Shown: piece by piece, positions 29,635-42,721 of the stretch | Numbering within the stretch: the first letter of the stretch is position 1 | Layout of the letters: each line of letters begins with the position of its first letter | DNA from: Eledone cirrhosa | Taxonomy: Eukaryota | Assembly: GCA_964016885.1 (NCBI GenBank) | Contig: OZ024745.1 | Coordinates: forward strand, 58,218,001-58,282,000 | Length of the DNA: 64,000 bases | Direction: 5' to 3' | The notes under the pieces: generated by a model | The model's input: the letters and a program-made list of their open reading frames with translations, nothing else | What the model was told of the DNA's origin: nothing | The model's database searches: none | Position numbers and translations under genes: made by a program

Positions 29635-30895
29635 AAAACATGAGAAGATAGAAGAATACTACGTGGTTGCACATGGGTTACATATGATAAAAATAGTCCT
29701 TCGTCAGTGATTTTCCTACCATCATTGGTATTTCATCGCATTAAAAATCATATACCTCAGGTTGGTGCGAGCAATAACTAAAAAAGGTTATTGGGACCAG
29801 TAAATCGCGTAAAGCGAGGGGGACAAGAAAACAACATAGAAGGATAAAAGCAAACCAAAGATAGGAAAAAAACAAGCAACATAGTTGTCCGGTCATCATA
29901 AGATGGGCGGATTTCATGAGCGAAAGGTACAGACGTCCGACGTGAGTGAGATGTAAGCAAGAAGAGACCCACTGTAAGCCAAACGGGAGGAAGTGAGAAG
30001 GGGAGAAACAGAGAGTGAGTGAGTGGAAGTGTGAGAAAGCGGTCAGTCGAGAGAAAATGTAACTGACAGAGGGGGCGAAAGAAGGTGAGAGAAACAGAGA
30101 GACCGGGGAAGCAGTAAGAGAGAAACAGACAAACGCAGCCGAGGTAAATATATATAAAAAACATGAGAAGAAAGAAGAATACTGCGTGGCTGCACATGGG
30201 TTACATATGATAAAAATAGTCCTTCGTCAGTGATTTTCAAACCATCATTGGTATTTCATCGCATTAAAAATCATATACCTCAGGTTGGTGCGAGCAATAA
30301 CTAAAAAAGGTTATTGGGACCAGTAAATCGCGTAAAGCGAGGGGGACAAGTAAACAACATAGAAGGGTAAAAGCAAACCAAAGATAGGAAAAGAACAAGC
30401 AATATGGTTGTCCGGTCAGCATAAGCTGGGTGGATTTCATGACCGAGAGAGGTACAGACCGTCCGACGTGAGTGAGATGTAAGCAAGAAGAGACCCACTG
30501 TAAGCCAAACGGGAGGAAGTGAGAAGGGGAGAAACAGAGAGTGGGTGAGTGGAAGTGCGAGGAAGCGGTCAGTCGAGAGAAAGTGTAACTGACAGAGGGG
30601 GCGAAAGAAGGTGAGAGAAAGAGAGAGAACGGGGAAGCAGTAAGAGAGAAACAGACAAACGCAGCCGAGGTAAATATATATTAAAAAACATGAGAAGAAA
30701 GAAGAATACTGCGTGGTTGCACATGGGTTACATATGATAAAAATAGTCCTTCGTCAGTGATTTTCAAACCATCATTGGTGTTTCATCGCATTAAAAATCA
30801 TATACCTCAGGTTGGTGCGAGCAATAACTAAAAAAGGTTATTGGGACCAGTAAATCGCTTAAACCGAGGGGGACAAGTAAACAACATAGAAGGAT
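29635..30895. repeat. ~525-bp non-coding unit in ~2.4 tandem copies flanked by (TA)n
   Basis: acatgagaag recurs at ~29638, 30161 and 30688. Units are separated by short TA runs and are a few percent diverged. Confidence 0.92.
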
Positions 30896-30912
30896 ATATA
30901 TATATAGAGAGA

Positions 30913-30947
<35 letters not shown>

Positions 30948-30951
30948 ATAG

Positions 30952-31131
30952 TCTCTGATTTAAGCACATGGCCAACAATTGTATCGACCCCAGTGGCACT
31001 TCATTTCTCGATCCTTAAGGATGAAAGGCAAAGCTAACCACCTCGCCGGGATTTGAACTCAGATGACAAAGGTCCGTAACTCTATGCCGCCAAGCAGTGT
31101 GCCCGACGCTCTACCGATATTGCCAATCTAC
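30952..31131 (-). mobile_element. SINE family A, diverged
   Basis: aaggatgaaaggcaaag..ggatttgaactcag..ctaccgatattgccaatc. Confidence 0.8.
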
Positions 31132-31185
31132 CTATAGTAGTAATAATAAATTCAAAAACAAATCTGGGGAGGACACGATAAGAGT

Positions 31186-31220
<35 letters not shown>

Positions 31221-31226
<6 letters not shown>

Positions 31227-31683
31227 GGAATAGAATGAAACGAAATTTCATTTCTCACTCTTAGTACGGCAGTTACTTAAATGTAAGTATTCTATTCCAT
31301 TTATCGTTTTCGGTGCGCCCAGCCGACTAAACTCACTCGATATGCAAATTAGGCTGCTCAGCAGTTAATATGCATAAGGAAAGTATATACTTTCAGATGT
31401 TGAACCATCTGGGAGGAAGGTATACGATGCTGACGGTAGCTAATAAGCTGGAAACTAGTACAGCGTTCATCGTTCGTGTGTCAGTGTTGAACAAAAAGGT
31501 GACGTACTTGCCTAAACACTGTACGGCGTAATTCGGGCTGTTTGTTTGTTTACAAACAAACCGAGCATTATAATAAATGTTCGGTAAACCGATACGTGCA
31601 TATATTTATGTGTGCATGTATGTATATATATACATACTACTGTACGTCTGTATACATATATGTATGTACGTATACATACTTAC

Positions 31684-31688
<5 letters not shown>
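31221..31688 (+). mobile_element. Family C' non-coding HHR element: inverted tail (31221-31290) plus sense unit
   Basis: Shares TTATCGT..ACTCAC..TATGCAAATTAG..hairpin..HHR(GAAActagT) order with family C. taaatgtaagta (31278) mirrors tacttacattta (31677). ataaatggaatagaat mirrors attctattccatttat. Confidence 0.75.
31424..31466 (+). ncRNA. Minimal hammerhead with CTGACGG (A9G) core
   Basis: acgatg-CTGACGG-tagct aata agctg-GAAA-ctag-TA-cagcgt. Confidence 0.65.
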
Positions 31689-31725
<37 letters not shown>

Positions 31726-31727
<2 letters not shown>

Positions 31728-31992
31728 CGAAGGAAATGTGGTAAGGAACCAGGTGGACCATAACGCACCAAAGTACTCAATACTTGAGGTAGTAGAGTGG
31801 GTAATAGGAACCAATAAGACTAATTTGCAACCATAGAATTACTACTGATTTTTGACAATCACTTTGACCATATATGGAATTACCCCTTGAGAAGATCGGC
31901 TATTTAAATACCAGGATAAATTTTCATTTAGTCCAGAATTAGCCGTCGAAACGGCTTGAGCTCAGCTGTCGGGGTCTTACTGGTTCCTATTA
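31726..31992. mobile_element. Family B element, longest copy (inverted tail 31726-31820, sense arm 31820-31992)
   Basis: Homologous to 17123, 20710 and 35625. Retains the complete HHR. Confidence 0.85.
31882..31975 (+). ncRNA. Type-I hammerhead with U3-A8 core (TTGAGAA), family B
   Basis: acccc-TTGAGAA-ga t cggcta..tagccg tc-GAAA-cggc ttgagctca gctg-TC-ggggt. All three stems pair. Confidence 0.75.
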
Positions 31993-32235
31993 TATATATA
32001 TATATATATATATAATGGAAAAATTTGAACAGGAACAAAACAGAGAGGCTGTACAATGAATGTTTATTAATTTCACGCTCTGGATATATATATTATTATT
32101 ATTAGAAAATGAGGTTTTTTACAAAATGAAAAATAACCAAGGTGTCCTACACGAGTGAAAGTATAAAGAAAAAAAGATGAAATCGAAAATGCAACTGGAG
32201 TCTTATTTTTTTAAATATATATATATTTATTTGGT

Positions 32236-32275
32236 TCCTTTACCGGTTTCGCAGTTCTTCTGCTTTTCAAAAGTA
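32236..32275 (-). ncRNA. Minimal hammerhead with U3-A8 core (TTGAAAA), family E
   Basis: ctt-TTGAAAA-gcag aagaa ctgc-GAAA-ccgg-TA-aag. Palindromic ACCGGT stem III, inside a ~90-bp insert between TA runs. Confidence 0.65.
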
Positions 32276-32654
32276 GAGTTGAGATGGAGGATCTGTGGTT
32301 TTTCTCACATCAATATATATATATATATATATTGGGTAGTAGATGTATTCCGTGACACATGTTCACACCGTTGCCTGCTCTTTAGGTACATTTAAAACCA
32401 CTCACTCTGTTCCAAGCATTCGGGTCAGATCTCCGGTTTCATAGCCATTAGCCACTTGTCTCCTAAGATCAAGAAATAACTAGGCTCATCTGCGCTGCTT
32501 CTTCCTCCCTGAATTCCTGATAAAATAATTACACTTGAACATGAAACATAAAATTACTTATAAATTTCTTATAAAGCATTCGCAATTCCGAGGTTATTAT
32601 TATTGTACCAGCCAGACACTGCGGTGAATTTAATCGACTTTACACTCAACTCAA

Positions 32655-32995
32655 ACTGGTTGCCTTGTGCCTAAATTAGAAAAATTATTATCAACATCCT
32701 TTCGGGGTCGATAAAATAAAGTACCAGTAATACACTGGGTAGTTGCTGGCCTTGTGCCAAAAGTAGAAACTATTATTATCAACATCATCGTTATTATTAT
32801 TTTTATTATTATTATTCTATTGCGGTGGATTGGCAGTATCGCGATGCTTTGACGTGTGGAGTTACGTCCTTCCCATTCTGAGTTCAAATCCCGCCGAGGT
32901 TAACTTTGCTTTTCATCCTTACGGGGTCGATAAAATAAAGTACCAGTAATGCACTGGGTATTTGCTGGCCTTGTGCTAAAAGTAGAAACAATTAA
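32655..32995 (+). mobile_element. Cluster of SINE family A copies and fragments
   Basis: Partial copies 32655-32775 and a near-full copy 32822-32995. Confidence 0.85.
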
Positions 32996-33556
32996 TATTA
33001 TTCTATTGCTGTTGTTATTATTATTAATATTATAAGCTACATTCAGAAAATTTGGAAATCTTCCAAATCAGAGTACAGACGAAAAATAAGATTTGTTTTT
33101 AAACAAAATATATTTAATTCTTATTTGTCTACAAACATAAAATAGCTAAGAGAAATTACAGCAACGACTACTCAAAGAAAAGAAAATTGAAAGTAACGAT
33201 GATCACGTACAAAACCTACGTAGAGAAATGACATGAATATTGTGCAACAAAGTAAACATCGTAAAACTAGTTAATGTGGTGTGGTAAATAAATATATTCA
33301 TATATACCAAGTCCGAACACATTGGAACTTAACTCCCACTGTCACTGCTTTAGTCTCTCCCGCTCTCCCTATCTCTCACTATTGTAAACAAATCGGGGCT
33401 TACGCACTGGACGCCCCGTCGGACAGAATAGGGAAGGCGTTTTCCAGGAGAATGGGGAGGAGTGAGATACGCGGGAAGAACGAGGTGGTGTATGTGTGAT
33501 CTCGCAACTGAAATGAGCACCTGAAACCTTTAGCGAAAGCAGAGTAAACGCTACAA

Positions 33557-33744
33557 AATAATTGTTTCTACGTTTGGCACAAGGCCAGCAATTATCGCAG
33601 TGCAGTACTGGTACTTTATTTTATGGAACCCGTAAGGATGAAAGGCAACGGTAACCTAGGTGGGATTTGAACTCAACCGTAAAGGGCCATAACTCTATGC
33701 TGCAAAGTATCTCGTCCGACGCTCTAGCGTTACTACGAATCCAC
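33557..33744 (-). mobile_element. SINE family A
   Basis: Match to 8404-8593. Confidence 0.85.
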
Positions 33745-33943
33745 TCGATTGAGAGTGACGGCAGTAGTTTTGATGTAAAGTGTATATTTGTATCAGTTTA
33801 TTCTTATACATATAGTCAATGTTATTTATAGGTTTCTGGCTTTCAGACTTCATAAGATTGGTGTTATTTATGTACATGTCCGCCTGTAATCTAACAGCAA
33901 ATTGCAAGGACCCCAATCAGCATTAATTTCTATTAAAGTGTGT

Positions 33944-34200
<257 letters not shown>

Positions 34201-34344
34201 GTACGCCATTGTGGCTAAAGACTTGCTAAAATACCACCTGTATATGCGTGTGTATTTCTATGTTAACTAGTATATCTCCTATCCATTCACCTGTCTCATC
34301 TCCCTCTCTCCTTCTCTCGCCCTATATCTTTCTTTCTCTATCTA

Positions 34345-34415
<71 letters not shown>

Positions 34416-34418
<3 letters not shown>

Positions 34419-34813
34419 TAATAATAAATTTGAAGACTAAATCCAAAGAGGGCTCGATAAGGATAAATATATATCAAATATATAAGAACCGTAGAGCAAA
34501 TATTTATTAAAATATCAGATTAAAGTTTAAGCAAAGAATCGCTGCTTTCACCCTTAACGGGATCTTCTGAAACTAACAAAGTCAATCTGTGAACGCAGAA
34601 GTGAATATTTCACCGCTCCAAATAATGACGTATTATATTCGTTTTTTCCAGTTCTTTGCCAGGGAACGTTTCCACGAACCAAAGTATCGTCTTCCTGTCT
34701 TCCTCCGGTTGCAACGTTTTTTGAAATATTCACTTCTGCGTTGACTTTGTTAGTTTCAGAAGATCCCGTTAAGGGTGAGAGCAGCGATTCTTTGCTTAAA
34801 CTTTAATCTGTTA

Positions 34814-34821
<8 letters not shown>
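34416..34821. mobile_element. Family D fold-back element with two HHR motifs (34524-34574 minus; 34752-34802 plus, GAAA mutated to GAGA)
   Basis: 34505-34612 is inverted relative to 34722-34821, with a ~110-nt spacer. The left arm carries an extra tail ending in (TAA)n. Tail fragments also at ~45750 and 57441-57515. Confidence 0.85.
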
Positions 34822-34845
<24 letters not shown>

Positions 34846-34924
34846 AGGAACGATCGACTTTCGTCAAATCGGACCGAGGGAACAATGTTTCCGTTGGTCT
34901 TTCCAATTGCTAATACTATCTATC

Positions 34925-35065
34925 GGTCGCAACTCCAGGTAGAAGGAGCAACGTGAAATAAAGTGTCTTGCTCAAGGACATAACGCATCACCTGGTCCAG
35001 GAATCGAACTCACAACCTTACGATTGCGAATCCAATTCCCTAACCACTCAGCCACACGCCTTCAC
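34925..35065 (-). mobile_element. tRNA-derived SINE, second family (5' part)
   Basis: Sense gtgaaggcgtgtggctgagtggttaggg..gagttcgattcc (A and B boxes) and gtccttgagcaagacacttta. Related copy at ~58660-58773. Confidence 0.8.
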
Positions 35066-35067
35066 TA

Positions 35068-35531
35068 AGAGAACCTAGTGGAGTGCCTTTTGCTAAGGTC
35101 CCTGAAGGAATTCGTGTGATTATACATCCGCGATTTAAAGGTCGTAGATGTTGCGCCAATGTAGGTGCGATGGGCGTTCTGGGTTGTAACCACACACTTG
35201 TATATTACGTCTCTACAGTTACAAGTTCTGCTGTCAGTTTTTGTGCATCCGATGTCCGGGCCTCGGTCTGTTATGGCCCTCTCACGGTTCTTAGGGTATT
35301 GTACCGACGACACTGTTGTCTCCCCCATGCCACTGTTTCCCTCTCGGTGTTGTACCATATCGGCCTCCCGGGGCGCTCTGGTCGCCTCGGGAGCCGGGTT
35401 GTCATTTGAGGGCAGGTCCCTGGTTGGTTCTCCGCACTCCGAAAGACGGTCAATCTGTCGCCGCGGTTGACGGCCGGTGTGCGCCAACTTCATCGCGTTA
35501 GTTTTAGCCATATAGTCGGCCATATTAGGCG

Positions 35532-35532
<1 letters not shown>
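35068..35532 (-). mobile_element. Second, GC-richer Naiad-like PLE endonuclease fragment
   Basis: RTCNCR/DVIYKCVV..TYIGATSTTFKSRMYNHTNSFR..HST. The CPLxGxC segment is deleted. Confidence 0.8.
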
Positions 35533-35624
<92 letters not shown>

Positions 35625-35628
<4 letters not shown>

Positions 35629-35845
35629 AAAAGAGTCAGGTAACCGACGACTGAGCTCCTGCCATTTAGACAGCTAGATCTGAACTAAGCCACCCTGGTG
35701 GGTTAGTTTGGATCTAGCTGTCGAACGGCCGGAGCTCACCCGTCGGGGTCCTGACTCTTTTCCCATTACCCACTCTACTACCCTAAGTATCGAGTACTCT
35801 GGTGCGTTATGGTCCACCTGGTATCTCACCACACCTTCTTTGTTA
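35625..35845. mobile_element. Family B fold-back element, diverged subfamily
   Basis: Same 3' tail (ttacccactctactaccctaagtat..ggtgcgttatggtccacctgg). Long stem II gacagctagatc..gatctagctgtc. Inverted short arm at the left. Confidence 0.8.
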
Positions 35846-35910
35846 TATATATATATATACACCATAAAGTATGATTTCGTATAACAATATTCATAATATT
35901 TTAACACATG

Positions 35911-36086
35911 CGAGGGTCGAGTGAAAAGTTCATGCTCTCATGGAATGACCAAATGAGTTTTATTTTTCAATATAGTCCCTGGAAAGAAACACTGTAGTTG
36001 TTAATAAGAAGATTTGAAATCATTGCACGCAAGAGTCTAGTATCTCCTCGTCATAATCAGCCTATGAACTTTTCAGCCGAACCTCT
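35911..36086. mobile_element. Tc1/mariner-type MITE
   Basis: Imperfect ~23-bp TIRs cgagggtcgagtgaaaagttcat / atgaacttttcagccgaacctct, with TA on the right flank. Confidence 0.7.
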
Positions 36087-37018
36087 TATATCATTGTGTA
36101 ATGATATACTAAACATCTAAAGTTGAGAAGCAAATACAGACACGAATGAAATTAAATAAGGAAAGGGCGCAACACGCAGTTTGAACTACATTTCTAGCTG
36201 GAGATATTTTATTCCACATGTATGTTGTTTTTTTTCCTTTTTCTTGTATTCTTTCTGTTTTTGTTTTACTTTTACAGAGTTATACAGCCGCATAAGAGAG
36301 ACCCTTTCAGAGATATATAGCAAAAGAACCGTAACAGGATATCTTATAACTTTGCTACAATTTTGAAATGCTTGCAAAGTTTAGCGAAATATATGACAGC
36401 TAGATATGCAAGACTGTTGTAAGACCGAATTTAACGTGATATGGGAGCTAAATATTTAGGATGGCTAGGGTGACGGAAATACCAACAGTTCGTAAATTAT
36501 CTCAAGCTACACACGTTGCTAATTTTATTCATGAAAATAAATAAATCTCTGACGTTGATTAATATTCTTAAATATCATAATAGACCATGCCTACTTGAGC
36601 ACAATATTATACATCTACTTTATGGTTCTTTCATTAAGTACTTGGTGGGGTGAAGTTTATGCCTCACCGAGGAGAGCTATTTAGGCCAAAACATATATTA
36701 TTATTCTTTCCCGTACATGTCAAATTGTTTAGAATAGAATAATTCTTGAAAGCAATGCAATGCTTTCCACACCATATTTTTAGAATATTTTTAGAATATT
36801 ATTTATGCTCATTACAATGAATATATAGAAACTAATTTAATTTTGTCAACTATTTTCCAAAGACCTGTTAAGGCAGTGAATTTGCAGAGACATGGGAAGG
36901 AATACTTTGGCATATTTTTTCCAGTTCTCCGTGCTCCCGGTTCAAATTCCTCTCGAGGTCAACTTTGTCTTTCAAGTTTTCATCGTTGACAAATAAAATA
37001 TTAATATTGTTATATTTA

Positions 37019-37074
<56 letters not shown>

Positions 37075-40000
37075 TCACTCACTCTCTCTGTCGCTCTCTG
37101 TCTCTCTCTCTCTTCCTGCCTTTCTCCATCTTTCTCTCTCTTTCTGGCGGATATTGTCTGAGATAAACCAATGATCTGGATGGGCTCTATCATGTTTAAC
37201 TTCTTAGGACCCGCCGTATGTCACAACTGCGCCCTCTGTAAATCCTGGATGAATTGAGAACTCAAAGAAGGAAGGAAAAATAGAAGCATGCGTGATATGG
37301 GGGCCTCAATGTAAATAGCTGGCTGTTTGAGAGATACGACTAGGTTTCAATTTTAAATATTTAGCTCCTGTATCCAGATCAGAACTGAAGGTGCTAGGTT
37401 GCAAGTTTATCAATTGACCAGGGGCGACAACTTTTAGACACCTCAAATTCTAGTTATTTTATTCTATCTAGTTATTTTATTCTATTTTCACACCCAACCC
37501 AAAGTGGGTAGGAGATCTTCCCGTCAGACGGGAAGAGTTTACAGATCTGAAATACTTTATAAAATTTAGTATTATTCATTTTCACATTCTTATTTCAAAT
37601 AACACTTTGATTGACTTTGCTTCCATTTATCCGTCTTCAAACCTGTAAAGGAAAATAATAATATTTTTGATTGGCTTCAATCGACTTTAGAACGTTTTGT
37701 TCTTGTGATCTGGGCCCTACTATATGGCTCACGAGACTGACTCATTGCCTGGAAAGTTCTTCACTATGGCACAAGTCAGGGCAATGTTTCTTTATGAAAG
37801 ACCGGTAGTTGCCCATGCACTCAAATCCCCGATCTCCCCACTACCGATATTATGCACGCGAAAAACAACGGTCACTCTAAAATGTATCGCATTCTTATGC
37901 AACGTGTTTGCCGATTCCTAATGGATAGAAAGAAAATTTGAGTTCAGTGGAGTTTGAACTAAGGGTGCTAGCATTTTACCCAATACAGTAACGACTTTAT
38001 CAATTTACCGGATGTTCTTTAGAAAACCGATAAATAAACATATTATCGTGGACATAGTTGTGGGTGTAAAACGTTTACTTCATAACCATGTGGTTCTGGG
38101 TTTGATTCAACAGTACAACATTTGGGCAAATGTCTTCTACTATAGGCTTAAGTTGGATAATATCTTTTGAGTGGAATTCGGTAGACAGAGACTGTTCAGT
38201 AAACTATAGGTTTATATGTGTTGCTTGTGGTCGAAAAAGCAGTGTAGTCTATATCAATGTCACTTTACGTCACATAGTTATCTTGATTTACTATTTTTTA
38301 CCCATTCTTTTTTCTCTTTCGTACGTTTTATTTGAACATCTGTTTTCGCTGTGTCGAGAAGAAGTATCTTCTGTAAGGTTTTAAACTTTACATGAAAACA
38401 TGCTATCGGCAAATATATCAATGGAATTACTACAAACAAAGTAACATTTAACGTTATACAACCTTTCTTTTAAGACACCTGGTAGAGAAATATAGCGAAG
38501 GAGGAAAGAAGGAAAATACCGACTCTAAGAGTTTGAGTGAAGCATGAAAAGAAATTTCAAACCACTCCTGTCATTCTGAAAGAAGTTAGAAAGCTGATAA
38601 ACACCAAACAAACGTCGAAGTGACTCATTGCTGTCATAAAGATGTAATTTTACACACTTCTTGAATCGCATGATTCGGTCTTGTCTACTGTTTCAGTTTA
38701 AATGTATTCCTTCTTTATTGTTTATTTGATTTTTTCGTCTTTTTATATTTCTTAGAAAGCTAAAAGAAGTAGCTAATATTTAAAAAGAAAAACCAAAAAA
38801 CTGTATCCGACAAACTTGTGGGTTCTGACCTGAATGACGGTGAAGCGATGCGCTGAAAGAACCAGACCTCAACGCAGGGCCCGTCCTTCCCGATATCAAT
38901 CTCCATCTTTATCGAAGGGAGATGGTTTACCCATAATGAATTCGAGAAAAAACTATCAGTGAGCAACCCGTAATTTGTCAGTTGTCAATCTTCACCCTGA
39001 TGGGTGACGAAGCTTGACCCTAATGTTGATTTCATAAGCTTGTTACGAGAATAAGAATCACTGCATCACAGAAATTCAGTTACGATTTCTGAAAGAGAAG
39101 ATTGTGATGCCTCCCTGCCTTTTCCCGCCTATTCAATCTAATCTCATTAGCTCTAATTGCGATATAAAACGATCTACATCGAAACCCCCTTTGCAGATCA
39201 TTTTAAACCAGAAAACATTATTATTATGATGATAGAGTTGTATCATTTACGTTCTGAGTTCAAATCCCACCGAGGTTAGCTTTCGGGGTCGATTTAAAAT
39301 TGTTGGCTTTGTGCCTAAATCAGAAACCATTATTACATACACGCAGCTGTTTGCATAAATATTGATTGCAAATATATGTATGCACATGTATGCCTCTGTG
39401 TGCGTGCGTGTGTGTATGTGTGTGTTTACATTTGAGTGGAGCATGAATGAGTCTGTTTGAGAACTGTCAAATGGTCCAGGCACACGAAATTGGTATGCGT
39501 GCAATAGTCTTTCGTTGTTGCTCCATATCATCTTAAGACATGCAACAGTAACTAATCAAATACTAATTTTAAGATTATAAATGACCACGACGTGGGCTGT
39601 AGTTAGTAAACTCACAAAAATAAGGTGAATAAATAACATTCCGGTATTGAGCTATACTATATTACGTTATGATTTCAAATCTCACCGATGTCAAATGAAC
39701 TTCTATTTTTTTGTTTTTTTGTGGAGTGTTTTATTCTTCTTTTTCTAAGATAATAGTGTTGTCGTTGTTGTTGTTATTATTTCCACGTCAGCATTCCGTT
39801 ACTAATATTTCCTATGCCCAGTGGACCCATGTTTACATTATCCTAGTTTTCCTTTTCTAGGACGGTGGTGGTAATTTGAGAGAGATTTGGCTCCCATTTT
39901 ATGAGGTTAATTGATCATGTAGAGGCTCCTTCGTTGACTCAAAGACAATATTGGCATTTCTAATAGGCCACTGATCATATAAAAGTATTAGATACGTGTG

Positions 40001-40695
40001 TTAGTAGACTCATGAATATGAGCGGTACTACTCTTAGTTAAAACAAATAAATGGTTCCAAATTCGAATCTAATCTGATAGTATATACATATTTGAGGATA
40101 ACATCGGATGACGATCGGAGGTCAAACAGATTGAAATGTAGCCTAAATTTAAATGTTTAAACATTTCTCATCTCAAAATAAAGTTAATAGTCAGAAAACC
40201 TGTTAACAAATCATATACAGGCGGGGAGATTGCAGAGTTGTTAGAGCACTGGAGAGAATACCTTGCAGTATTTCCTCCAGCACACTTCACTCTGCATTGA
40301 AATCCCACCGAAGTTAATTTAAATTACCAGCCTATGGTGATGGATTAGTGAAATTGTTAGAGCGACGGACAGGATATCTTGAGCTTATTATTCCGAGTCA
40401 TTAAGTTCTGAATTCAAATTCTATCGCTTACCACCGATCTTATTATAATGCAACATTGTGATCTGATTAACAATGATATATCCACAATTTCAGACGGATC
40501 GATGAATCGATTTTAACCACGTTCACGACCGGAATTTGCACAAAACGGAATTAACGCAAGGACTTGGAAAATATTTGTCAACAGTTAGGAACAAAAAAAC
40601 ATTTCATTTAAATAAATGTTTATGTTTATCATGTTGCCTTTGTTCGTTTTTATTTTATTAATTCGGTTTTTTTTTTTCATTCGGTGAAACCATTC

Positions 40696-40874
<179 letters not shown>

Positions 40875-42630
40875 GTGTGTGTCTGTGTGTGTGTCTGTGT
40901 GTGTGTGTAATTCTTACCTAGCCTTAGCTCAGTTTTGTTCTAGCAAACCTATGTTCAAAGTCACACCCCTCTGCATTGCATATTTAATTAAAATTTCCCC
41001 GGCATCAATCGGCTTTCTTTTGAAAATGATTGTCTCCGTCACGAAGCCTACGACCTTATGCATTTTCTCCATTAATCCATTTAACTTTGTCTCATTAGCT
41101 CACAGCGACGAATTCAGCTATTTCTTTCGGGACAGACGTCAAGTAAAGAAGCCGCCCCACAACTAAAAGTCAGGCCAGTGTCTGTAATTATTTTCGACAG
41201 TCTGGCTGGCTATCGAATCTGCACCCATTTTCTGACATCCCACTGCATATGCAGACAGCTGTCCAGATGTATGATATGCGGAGGTATGTCTCCCCCTACA
41301 ACTGAAGGAGTTCTCCCATTCTCTAATATAAACTTCCCATGACAATTGCAGAGCTGCATTTCCTCCATAGCTAAGTGATTCTATTTCAATGATGGCATAG
41401 CTACAAACATTCAGAATAATTTAGGAAACATACAATAATATTTCTTTAAAATATGTTAGAAATTATTTTTTGTTTTGCTTCTTATGACTGAATGAATTGA
41501 CTCTACCTATAGACTTTGCTAGCCCTAAAAAGCTGGTGAGATTGATGCGATTGATGTTCTGCTTAAAATGTTACGGATCAACGACGCTATAGATGACATG
41601 AGCAGTGAGCGAAATTCATAGAATAAAAATCCTCGGGAAGGCTGAGCTTAGGCGGTAGTGTAGAACCTGAAGTGTTGCACACAACAAGATTAATGTGATG
41701 ATGAGAGACATGTGAGTCGAGAATGACTTATCTGATTGGATGTGACAAAAGATCAGCAAGCCTAAGTTCATTGAAATAGCGGCAAAACGAGAGAAAGATG
41801 AAAAAGCATGTCTGTGAGTTAGAATCCTGAGCGTGCCAGTAGAGTGGCCTTTCTCTGTGGTCTACGATGGCCTACGAGCAATACTCCATTGTGAAATTCA
41901 TCTGACTTTTGTATGATCTTCGGTATTTATTAGAGGTTGGGTTATTTCCTAGCACCGAAGAGAAATCATTCAGATGTGGTCCTAGCTATGTTAAAAATAT
42001 GCAATCGCCGCGAAAGGTCCTCCTGCAATGTAATGACTAACATTTGCAGAAACCACGAGGGTTCATAAAAGAAAGAAGTCAGTTTTGAAGACATTATGTA
42101 AATAGATAAAATGTTACATTAGAATTCGAAATACCTGAGTAATACTTGCTATAACCCTAGATGCTGTATAGACAAAATAGGACTCATTTTCGACATGATA
42201 AATGAATTACTAGTAGAAGAGAGTGTTTGCTGCATTCTATAGAATGTTCTAGTTAAATTGACGTTAACGTATTTATTGCAGAAAGCACTGGAAAAGATAA
42301 GTAGATTTGATTTTTAAAACAACAAATAACATCTTCTGTGTGTTCAGTATAGGAATTATTGATGTGAACGTACAACATATGATCCAGCTTTCTGTAATTC
42401 AATCTTAGTCCAAACAAAAAGAAAGTTATTTTCATTTAGTTAATATTTTCATTGGTTTTGTCAGGTTTGCTTTATCCACTGAATTTATAAACGTTTTGTT
42501 GTTTTTATCAATTAATTCATATTTTGTTTATCTCTCTACATTCCTATCTCTTTCCTTTTGCTTCTATCTCTATCTTATTTCTCTCTCTCATACACACACA
42601 CACACACACACATAAACACACACACACGCG

Positions 42631-42721
<91 letters not shown>

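Noticed and set aside
32420-32500. Hammerhead-like CAGATGA...GAAAccgg on the minus strand
   Set aside because: No U16.1-H17 triplet and no stem I pairing.
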